Source: Bacteriovoracia bacterium (GTDB lineage: Bacteria > Bdellovibrionota > UBA1018 > JBFWNL01). From it: 64,000 nt of DNA. Every line of letters starts with the position of its first letter. Position 1 is the first letter of the stretch. The position numbers and the translations under genes were made by a program. The notes beneath the pieces are model-generated. The model ran no database searches. It saw nothing but the letters and a program-made list of their open reading frames with translations, and was not told the origin of the DNA. Below, piece after piece: positions 48,303 to 56,205 of the stretch. The stretch covers positions 128,001 through 192,000 of the forward strand of contig JBFWNL010000005.1 in NCBI GenBank assembly GCA_050251055.1, written 5' to 3'.

Positions 48303-48393
48303 ATTAAATACTGAATAAAGTTAGGTCTTTGCCTTTCGGAAGAGTTCTGCCGACAAGGTTGTCTTTAAATGCAATGCATTATAATAACCCGCC

Positions 48394-50124
48394 ATGAAGT
48401 CCTGGCCTCTCTTCGCGCTTCTGGCGCTCTTCGTGGTTCCCGGCGCGTTCGCTCAACCGTCGGCGGAGGCTTTCGATTACCCCGCGCTCGAAAAATTGAT
48501 TCATGATCGCGATATCCGCAGCATCGATGCGCTTTTGCCGGAGCTTCCCCGCGAATACCGCAAGTTTTATACGTTCATTTTCCGCACCGAGAGTCTCCAG
48601 TCCGAGGGCGTCGATGAGATGCATCCACGCGTGGTGCTTTACGGGCCGGACGCGAAGCTGATTTTGACCTACACGCGGGGCGTGCCCGGCCATGACGAGC
48701 TGGAGATCCTTTCGTTTAACTCGGCAAAAAAAGAATTCGAGCTGCGTAGCCTCGGCTTCGATGGCGTGACTCCGCCTTTGGCCGAGCCGGTGAAGGTGAA
48801 CCCTCCCCGTTGCACGAAATGCCATCTCGATTCTCCGCGGCCGATCTTCGAGCCCTATAACTTATGGGCCGGCGTATACGGCAGCTTCAGCCGTCATGGT
48901 TGCGACTCCATCACGACGGGCACGCGCGAGCATCGGGATTACGAAAAGTTTCAAGCCACGGGGCGGGTGGGGAGGTATTCCCGCGAGATCTTGCCCGATT
49001 ATCCCGACGATCTGGATTATCGCGCGCCGATCGCGTTCGCCGATCCCCCTAAAAGTTTGCGGGAGTGCTTGCAGGATTTGGCGGGAGACGAGGTGCCGTT
49101 CATCAACGGCATCGTCACCAATCCCAACGACTTCATGACCGAAAAAATGCAACGGCTGGATTACCTGCGGATCCACCAGATATTGCGCCAAAGCGCGCGC
49201 TTCTCGGAAACCAAGTACGCTTGGGCCGCGCTTTCGCGCGGGTGCATCGCACCCGCCGAAATTGAGAAATACTTTCCAGCCGCGGCGCTGGCTCACGGAA
49301 GGAATTACCCGAGTACGCTCGAGCACGTTCGTACCGTGAGCGACGCCCAGTACCAGACGCGTCTGCAGGATTTTCATCAGTTCAACCCAAATACGGGGCA
49401 GGATTTGAATCGTATGCCTTATAACTTCGACCACTTGACCCCGGCTCCAGGCTGCTCCCCGCCGGACGTGGCCGAGCGTTTGCGCCGTGCCGGTCGGCCG
49501 ATCGAAGAGATGGATTCCACGCCACTGATTGCCGCGAGCGCTTTTTTAGCCGATCGCATGGGCATCGGCATGGACGGGTGGGCGATGAGCAATCGATCGG
49601 GTACTTACGCGTTCAATGACGGAGGTAACGGGTTCGAGGCTTTCTTCAGTGACTTCCCGAATCCGCAGTGCTCGAAACGTTACACTTGCGCCGAGCTGAA
49701 ACAGAAGAGCTTGGCGGCGATCGCGGCGAATCCCGCGTTTGTCGATCCGTCCGGGGACGCGGGCGGCCCCGATGGTCCGACCCTGGAGCCAGGCGCGGGT
49801 GCCCAGATCCTGGAAAAGCGCTGCGCGAGTTGCCACGAGGCCTCCGATCCCCAGGTGCCGACTTTCTTTCCCTTCTACACGGGAGAGGCTTCCCAGTTGA
49901 CCGCAATGATGCTCGGGCCGAAGGGGCGGTATTGGATCGACCGCATCCGCGTGCGCATCAGCGGGGAGGGGGGCGAGCGACCGATGCCTCCGCGCGGTAA
50001 GCTACTGACGGAAACGGAGCGAACCGCAGTGTTGGAGTATCTCGAGGACCTGCGGGGAGAAAACCGTCCCCGCACCCGGGGCCCGAAAAACCCTCGCGAT
50101 CCCCAAGACCCCTGCGTTTGGTGA
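48394..50124 (+). CDS. Secreted di-heme c-type cytochrome of unknown function
   Basis: Signal peptide (AFA); CTKCH and CASCH; C-terminal class-I-like domain with MPP. Confidence 0.82.
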   Translation: MKSWPLFALLALFVVPGAFAQPSAEAFDYPALEKLIHDRDIRSIDALLPELPREYRKFYTFIFRTESLQSEGVDEMHPRVVLYGPDAKLILTYTRGVPGHDELEILSFNSAKKEFELRSLGFDGVTPPLAEPVKVNPPRCTKCHLDSPRPIFEPYNLWAGVYGSFSRHGCDSITTGTREHRDYEKFQATGRVGRYSREILPDYPDDLDYRAPIAFADPPKSLRECLQDLAGDEVPFINGIVTNPNDFMTEKMQRLDYLRIHQILRQSARFSETKYAWAALSRGCIAPAEIEKYFPAAALAHGRNYPSTLEHVRTVSDAQYQTRLQDFHQFNPNTGQDLNRMPYNFDHLTPAPGCSPPDVAERLRRAGRPIEEMDSTPLIAASAFLADRMGIGMDGWAMSNRSGTYAFNDGGNGFEAFFSDFPNPQCSKRYTCAELKQKSLAAIAANPAFVDPSGDAGGPDGPTLEPGAGAQILEKRCASCHEASDPQVPTFFPFYTGEASQLTAMMLGPKGRYWIDRIRVRISGEGGERPMPPRGKLLTETERTAVLEYLEDLRGENRPRTRGPKNPRDPQDPCVW

Positions 50125-50253
50125 CACCGGCGCTATTTTCTTTGGCCCAGATAAACCCACTTGAAATCAGTAGTTTAGCGGTCTTTTTCTGTACTGAAAT
50201 AATCAACAATTTTATGACAAAGCGTGGTAATCACTGCGGTTTAGGAGTATTCC

Positions 50254-51933
50254 ATGCAGTCTTTCCGCGACTTGAATTTGCATCCGGCGTTAGCCCAGGC
50301 CATTTCCGAACTGGGCTATGAAACGCCTAGCCCCATCCAGGCGGCGACCCTCCCCATCTTATTGGCCGAAACCCCCACGGACTTTTTGGGCTTAGCGGCT
50401 ACCGGCACGGGTAAGACCGCCGCGTTCGGCATTCCGCTCTTGCAACGGCTGCAGGCCTCGCGCCGTAAGCCGCAGGCGATCGTGCTATGCCCCACGCGCG
50501 AGCTCGCGATGCAGGTCGCCGGTCAACTCTCTCTCCTAGGCAAGCATCTGCGCGTGACGGCGCTTCCCGTGTACGGCGGCGCTAGTTACGTCGACCAGAT
50601 GCATGGCTTAAAGCACGGCGCGCAGATCATCGTCGGTACTCCCGGTCGCGTGATTGATCACATTGAACGGGGGACCTTGCGCCTGGAGGAAGTGCGGGCG
50701 GTCGTGCTCGACGAAGCCGATGAAATGATTTCCATGGGTTTCAAAGACGAACTTGAGCTGATTCTGCAACGGATTCCCGCCGAACAGCGAACGATCTGGC
50801 TATTTTCGGCGACGATGAGCCCCGAAGTGCGCCGGATGGCGAACGATTATCTACGCGCCCCGCAGGAAGTGAAAATCAATACGCAGGAGATGCTCTCCGA
50901 GAACGTACAGCAATATTACTACGTCACCCAGGAATCGAATAAGCCCGAAGTACTCTGCAAGCTCATTGACGCGGCCGATGATTTTTACGGCCTGGTGTTC
51001 TGCCAGACGAAGTCGCTGACGATGGATTTGACCAAGTATCTCGTGCAGCGCAAGTACCAGGTGGATTGCCTGCATGGCGACATGGATCAGACCGCACGCG
51101 ATCGCACGATGAAGGGTTTTCGCGACAAGAAGTCCCGTATTTTGGTGTGTACGGATGTCGCCGCTCGCGGTCTCGACGTGAAGGACGTTTCCCACGTCGT
51201 CAATTACTCGCTGCCGCGCGAGCTTGAAAATTACGTGCACCGAATCGGACGTACGGCCCGCAGCGGAAAATCCGGCATCGCCATGAGCCTGGTTACGAAC
51301 AGCCACCGCGGGTTGGTGGGTGCCATTGAGCGTCTGACCAAAAGCAAGATGGAAGAGGGCAAGATCCCGACCCGTAAAGAGTTAGCCGGGAAAAAGTTGG
51401 CCCAAGTGCTCGCTACTTTCAAAGAGCAAAAAAATTTCACGCGCGCTCTGGAGTTGATGGGTGACGACTGGAAGGCGGCGCTCGCGGAGATGCCGCCCGC
51501 GGAAATCGGCGCCCGCATGCTCTCGCTCTTATTTCCCGAAGTGTTCGCCGAGGAAAAAATGGGCGGGTTTGCCCAGAAGCACGAACACCGCACGACGCGC
51601 CCGTTTTCGGGCGGTCGTCCGCGCGGCCCTCGCCGATCGGATGGAGATGGCGCTCGCTTTGAACGGCGCCCCCGGTTTGACCGCCGTGAACGCTCGGGTG
51701 AATCCGGGTCGTTCCAGCCAGGTGATTCCGGAAAACCGCGCTTTGACCGGAAGCCGCGCTTTGAGAAAAAGAAATTCGTAGACCGTCCCGCGGGCGCGCC
51801 AGGCGCCGACGGGGGCCCGCGCTGGAAGCCCGGCAAGGGCAAGTTCGGCGCGCGCCCACTACGTCCCCGTTCGGAGAAGATCCGTGGCGCGGTCGGCGGC
51901 GCCAATCGCCCCGGCCCGACTCGCGCGGAGTAA
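50254..51933 (+). CDS. DEAD-box RNA helicase (DeaD/CshA-like)
   Basis: ATGTGKT, PTRELA, DEADEM, SAT and HRIGRTAR; basic tail with PRF(D/E)R repeats. Confidence 0.94.
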   Translation: MQSFRDLNLHPALAQAISELGYETPSPIQAATLPILLAETPTDFLGLAATGTGKTAAFGIPLLQRLQASRRKPQAIVLCPTRELAMQVAGQLSLLGKHLRVTALPVYGGASYVDQMHGLKHGAQIIVGTPGRVIDHIERGTLRLEEVRAVVLDEADEMISMGFKDELELILQRIPAEQRTIWLFSATMSPEVRRMANDYLRAPQEVKINTQEMLSENVQQYYYVTQESNKPEVLCKLIDAADDFYGLVFCQTKSLTMDLTKYLVQRKYQVDCLHGDMDQTARDRTMKGFRDKKSRILVCTDVAARGLDVKDVSHVVNYSLPRELENYVHRIGRTARSGKSGIAMSLVTNSHRGLVGAIERLTKSKMEEGKIPTRKELAGKKLAQVLATFKEQKNFTRALELMGDDWKAALAEMPPAEIGARMLSLLFPEVFAEEKMGGFAQKHEHRTTRPFSGGRPRGPRRSDGDGARFERRPRFDRRERSGESGSFQPGDSGKPRFDRKPRFEKKKFVDRPAGAPGADGGPRWKPGKGKFGARPLRPRSEKIRGAVGGANRPGPTRAE

Positions 51934-51942
51934 GGCACTCCC

Positions 51943-53421
51943 ATGGCCCTGGAATCAACTCAAACGAGCTTGCTTTCTCCGGAACTAGAGGCCGTGACCC
52001 GCGAGCTGGGTTACCACACGCTCACGCCCGTGCAGCGGCGGTGCATTCCGGTGATTCTGGCGGGCCGGGACCTAGTGGCGCAGTCGAAGACCGGCAGCGG
52101 CAAGACCGCGGCCTTCGCGCTTCCGATGATTGAACAGCTGATGAAGGATGTCGCCCCCAAGCGTCCAGGCGAACGCCCGTCCCTGCATGGGTTGGTGCTA
52201 TGCCCCACGCGTGAGCTCTGTACCCAGGTGGCGCGTGAAATCCGTAAAGTGGGACGCCGCTTGTCGGGGCTCCAGGTTTTAATTCTTTCCGGCGGTCAGC
52301 CCGGCGGTCCGCAACGGGCTTCGCTCGAAAAGGGGGTGCACGTCGTGGTGGGTACGCCCGGCCGGGTGCTCGATCATCTCAATCGCCAGAGCTTGGATGT
52401 CTCGCGCGTGCGCACGCTTGTGCTGGATGAGGCGGATCGCATGCTCGACATGGGGTTTCAGGTCGATATGGAAAAAATTCTCGTCGCATTGCCGGCGGAG
52501 CGCCAGACGGTGTTCTTCTCGGCCACTTATCCGGCTTCGATCGTAAAGCTTTCCCGCCGTTATCAAAAAGATCCCGAGCGCGTGATCATAGAAGATCCGG
52601 AAGGTGGAGGTGCGCCTACTGAAATCGTCCAGCGCGCGTATTTGGTGGCTCCACCCGCCGAAGGCCTGCGTGAGGACGCCAAGGTAAAAGCCCTCCGCGC
52701 GGTTTTAGAAGAAATCCGTCCGAATTCGGCGATGATCTTTTGCAATTTGAAACAAACCGTGGCGGATCTCGCGCGGGACATGGCCAGCGCCGGCGTTAGC
52801 GTCGCCGGCCTTAGCGGCGATCTGGAGCAGTCGGCTCGTGATCGCGTCATGGCGAAGTTTCGTAACCAAAGCACGCGCGTGCTGGTGGCGACCGACGTCG
52901 CGTCCCGGGGGATCGATGTCGAGGCGCTCGACCTCGTTGTTAATTTCGACTTACCCCACGAGCCGGAGATCTATGTGCACCGGGTGGGCCGGACGGGGCG
53001 CGCGGGCCAGTCGGGGCTGGCGGTTTCGCTCTATTTTTCCTCTGAAGAACGTCGCTTAAAGCAGATTGAGCGATTTACGAATAAACCGATTGAACGCCTG
53101 GCCGCGGCTACACCGGCTCCAACCGTGAAGCCCGAGCTCGTGAAAGGCGCCGTCTTGGCAAAGCCCCTGGCGATGCCCACGGCCGCGATGGAGACCTTGT
53201 ATATTTCCGGTGGACGCAAAGAGAAGATGCGTCCGGGGGATATTCTGGGTGCCCTGACCGGTGAAGCGGGCGGATTACCGGCGGCGCAGGTGGGGAAGAT
53301 AGAAATTCACGATCATTTTTCTTACGTCGCGGTGTCGCGCGAGGTGGCGCGCATTGCGCTGGCTCGTCTTCGGAACGGTCGTATCAAGGGTAGAAAGTTT
53401 AAGATCGAGCCCGTTCGGTAG
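51943..53421 (+). CDS. dbpA: ATP-dependent RNA helicase DbpA
   Basis: DEAD core plus C-terminal RNA-binding domain GGRKEKMRPGDILGALT...G.IKG(R)KF. Confidence 0.92.
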   Translation: MALESTQTSLLSPELEAVTRELGYHTLTPVQRRCIPVILAGRDLVAQSKTGSGKTAAFALPMIEQLMKDVAPKRPGERPSLHGLVLCPTRELCTQVAREIRKVGRRLSGLQVLILSGGQPGGPQRASLEKGVHVVVGTPGRVLDHLNRQSLDVSRVRTLVLDEADRMLDMGFQVDMEKILVALPAERQTVFFSATYPASIVKLSRRYQKDPERVIIEDPEGGGAPTEIVQRAYLVAPPAEGLREDAKVKALRAVLEEIRPNSAMIFCNLKQTVADLARDMASAGVSVAGLSGDLEQSARDRVMAKFRNQSTRVLVATDVASRGIDVEALDLVVNFDLPHEPEIYVHRVGRTGRAGQSGLAVSLYFSSEERRLKQIERFTNKPIERLAAATPAPTVKPELVKGAVLAKPLAMPTAAMETLYISGGRKEKMRPGDILGALTGEAGGLPAAQVGKIEIHDHFSYVAVSREVARIALARLRNGRIKGRKFKIEPVR

Positions 53422-53446
53422 ATCGAAAACCGAAGCAGGGGATGCG

Positions 53447-53674
53447 CTACTTCGAGCTTAAGGTCGCGCGGGCGAGCGCCACGGCTTTTTCTTCGTCGAT
53501 GACTTCGGCTTGCGCGAATTCCCCGGTGGCTGCCTTGCCGCGGGCGTCGGCTAGCGTGGACATGGCTTGACGGATAATCTGCCGCATTTCTTCGACGCCG
53601 AGATCGGGATTGATTTCCAGGATTCGGTTCATCACTTTACCGATGGAAGGGCTGCGCATTACTACCTGAGCCAT
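53447..53674 (-). CDS. Small hypothetical protein
   Basis: 75-aa helical ORF (MAQVVMRS...) filling the gap downstream of the SUI1-family gene. Confidence 0.6.
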   Translation of the reverse strand: MAQVVMRSPSIGKVMNRILEINPDLGVEEMRQIIRQAMSTLADARGKAATGEFAQAEVIDEEKAVALARATLSSK

Positions 53675-53705
53675 GCCGGATAAATAGCATATACCCGACC
53701 AAAAG

Positions 53706-54089
53706 TCACCCTTTGGTCCGGATGCCTTCTTTCTCAAGTAAGCCGCGGATTTGGTCGCGTTTATCGCCTTGGATTTCGATCAGGCCTTCTTTACCTTCCA
53801 TCGAATAGGTCCCGCCGGTCCCGCACTTCTTCTTGAGTAGCGTGGTTAGATCTTTTAGGAAGAGGATGTTCTTGGGCAGATCGTCGATCACGGTGACCGT
53901 CTTGCCGCCGCGGCCTTGCTTTTCGATCCTGAGCTTGGCCACGAAGTTATACCTCCCGCTGTTTTCGGACTTCGTGGGCGTGGCGGCCTGGGGTGGGCAG
54001 CGGCATTCGGATTGGACCTCTTTGCAGCGGTCGCATTTCCGGTTCTGGGCGGGGTCGGTCGAGTAGACCAAACGGCGGTCGGAGCTCAT
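53706..54089 (-). CDS. yciH: SUI1/YciH family translation factor
   Basis: LVYSTD, GRGGKTVT, LKKKCGTGGT and IEIQGD; start ATG 54089. Confidence 0.9.
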   Translation of the reverse strand: MSSDRRLVYSTDPAQNRKCDRCKEVQSECRCPPQAATPTKSENSGRYNFVAKLRIEKQGRGGKTVTVIDDLPKNILFLKDLTTLLKKKCGTGGTYSMEGKEGLIEIQGDKRDQIRGLLEKEGIRTKG

Positions 54090-54135
54090 GACCTTGTTCT
54101 TGTCAAATTTCGGAGAAACCCGCAAACTCAAAGCC

Positions 54136-54801
54136 ATGCGGCACCACCCCGATAACCAGCGAATTCCCTGCCTGCGTTGCCGTAAATCCCCCCGTACTTG
54201 TTACTGCCACCTCTTGCGGCCGTTTCGGTCCTCGACCCAGTTCGTGATTTTGCAACATCCCAAGGAGCGTCGCAAAGCCATCGGAACCGCCCGCATGGTC
54301 CATCTGTCGATGGAGGGCTCGGAGCTGCGGGTGGGGAAGGAGTTTGATGACGACCCGGTGGTGAGCCAGTACCTGAAGGACGAGAGTCGCCATTGCGTCG
54401 TGCTCTTTCCAAGCGAGCGTTCAGCGAACTTAAGCACCGCGCGAGAGGCGGGGGAGTTGGACCGATGGATTCCGCCCGGCAAGAATCTCGTGGTTTTCGT
54501 GCTCGATGGTACCTGGACCCAGGCCAAGCGCATCTTGGAGCGGAGCCTGAAGCTCGCGCGCTTGCCCCAGGTCTGCTTTACGGTTCGTGAGAAATCACAG
54601 TACCGGATCCGCCAACAGCCTGAAGATTATTGCCTTTCCACCTTAGAGGCGGTCACCGAAGTATTGAATATCTTGGAGACCGGCGCTCCCGTCGAAAACC
54701 TGACCCAGGTTTTTCATTCCATGGTAGAGACCCAGCTAGGATTTTCTGCCTATGTCAAAGCGCCCGCCTCAATCCCGAGCCCTGCCCCAGCAGCCTTATG
54801 A
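54136..54801 (+). CDS. DTW domain protein (tRNA-uridine aminocarboxypropyltransferase family)
   Basis: C..C.....C.C, LQHPKE, T.R, LDGTW and LSTLEA. Confidence 0.92.
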   Translation: MRHHPDNQRIPCLRCRKSPRTCYCHLLRPFRSSTQFVILQHPKERRKAIGTARMVHLSMEGSELRVGKEFDDDPVVSQYLKDESRHCVVLFPSERSANLSTAREAGELDRWIPPGKNLVVFVLDGTWTQAKRILERSLKLARLPQVCFTVREKSQYRIRQQPEDYCLSTLEAVTEVLNILETGAPVENLTQVFHSMVETQLGFSAYVKAPASIPSPAPAAL

Positions 54802-55612
54802 CGAGCTGCTCTTGAAGCGGAGTCGCCTCTATCGGCGCTCGCGCGAACTTTACCGCGCGCAAGGGGGAACCTTCGAGGCCGCGCTTTGGTCCTCGCCTCG
54901 CAGCCTGGGTTCGCCTTTGTTGCTCGAAAACCATATTGGCTATAGCCCATTGGGTGCCGAGCTCGAGTGGTCGCTCACGGACCGCTTGCAGAAGCGCGAA
55001 AAAAAGCATCTGGAACAGGTGCGCTCCTTCGTGACGAACGTATTTCATGAGCAGAGCCATCGCATCCTGTGGCGCCATTTCCGGGAAGCGGGGATTGCGT
55101 GCCCGCAGTCGCGTGAGGAAGCCTTCCGTTTTTTGAATCTGGTTGAAGCGTTGGTGGTGATCCTGGATATGGCGCTCGGCGATGATCTGGGAATGCGCGT
55201 GGCGCGTCCGCTGTATGGGTTGGGGGTCGTTTATAATCCTGGCTCGACTTTCATGAGCCCGCGTAAGCTAGGTCCGCGCGGCTATCGCAATGCTTTACAG
55301 GTAGCGCTCCACGCGACTTACTTGCGACTCGAAGGTATGCACGCCGACGATATTCCCGGCGCCGTGCGGGCCGCTTTCCCAGGGCTGAGCCCGAAGTTAG
55401 TGGATGCGGCGACTCGCCGCGCGCTTTTGATTGAGCCGCTCTTCGTGGAGCTGACGAATCCCATTTGGCAAAAACGCCACGTGAAGGTGGTCATGCGCGA
55501 GTGGGCGCCTCGAAGGGGAGCAAAGCCGCTACGGCTGCCGCATCGGAAGCCCACCGAGAATCACCAAGCCTATCTCATCGCGGAAACGTGGCTCGCGAGG
55601 TTCGGGCTATGA
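54752..55612 (+). CDS. Hypothetical HExxH-motif protein
   Basis: 286-aa ORF with FHEQSH and a downstream VEA; overlaps the DTW gene and is coupled to epmC by ATGA. Confidence 0.8.
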   Translation: MSKRPPQSRALPQQPYDELLLKRSRLYRRSRELYRAQGGTFEAALWSSPRSLGSPLLLENHIGYSPLGAELEWSLTDRLQKREKKHLEQVRSFVTNVFHEQSHRILWRHFREAGIACPQSREEAFRFLNLVEALVVILDMALGDDLGMRVARPLYGLGVVYNPGSTFMSPRKLGPRGYRNALQVALHATYLRLEGMHADDIPGAVRAAFPGLSPKLVDAATRRALLIEPLFVELTNPIWQKRHVKVVMREWAPRRGAKPLRLPHRKPTENHQAYLIAETWLARFGL

Positions 55613-56205
55613 AGCGCGGATCGGACCCCCGCAAGATGACGGAAGTCACGCCGGAAGTGATCATCGAACTGTTTGACCGTACGTTTCTCGCCTCGACGAA
55701 CACGCGCTTGCGCGGGGGCTTTCCGGAGCCGATCTACCTACCCGAGCAGGCACCGGGGCCGGCGGAAATCCGCTTTACGCGCGACTATCTCCGCAGTGCG
55801 CTTCACGAAATCGCCCATTGGTGCATTGCCGGGGCCGCGCGGCGGCGCGAAGTAGATTATGGGTACTGGTATCGTCCGGATGGACGCAATGCCGCAGAGC
55901 AGATGGAATTCTTTCGTATTGAAGTGAAGCCGCAAGCAGTCGAGCTTGCGTTCTCGCGCCGGATCGGAGTCGACTTCCAGGTGAGCTGCGACAATCTCGA
56001 CGGGGTGGTGCCCGCGCACGGAAGCTTCACGGAGAAGGATTTCGCGGCTCTGGTGGATCGGCAGCTCGCCGACTTTGAGCGGGATGGGTTTCCTCCGCGC
56101 GCGCGGATTTTCCTGGATGCGCTGGAGATGCGGTGGAGACGCGCTGGGTGCGTTGAGAATTCCGAGAGCATCGGAAGCTGGATTAACGGTCGCCGACCGA
56201 GCTGA
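55609..56205 (+). CDS. epmC: Elongation factor P hydroxylase
   Basis: NTRL.GG..EPIYLP, SALHEIAHWCIAG..RR..DYGYWY.PDGR, E.KPQA.E and F.VSCDNL. Confidence 0.9.
   Translation: MKRGSDPRKMTEVTPEVIIELFDRTFLASTNTRLRGGFPEPIYLPEQAPGPAEIRFTRDYLRSALHEIAHWCIAGAARRREVDYGYWYRPDGRNAAEQMEFFRIEVKPQAVELAFSRRIGVDFQVSCDNLDGVVPAHGSFTEKDFAALVDRQLADFERDGFPPRARIFLDALEMRWRRAGCVENSESIGSWINGRRPS

Noticed and set aside
48316-48356. TAAAGTT and GCCGACAA as a sigma-28 promoter
   Set aside because: Spacing is about 25 nt, far longer than the consensus.
50150-50215. AT-rich IHF-like motifs upstream of the DEAD helicase as an island boundary or att site
   Set aside because: No integrase, tRNA or flanking direct repeat; more simply a promoter region.
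53960-54050. Cys cluster (CxxC...CxC) in the SUI1 protein as a novelty
   Set aside because: A common N-terminal feature of bacterial YciH homologs.
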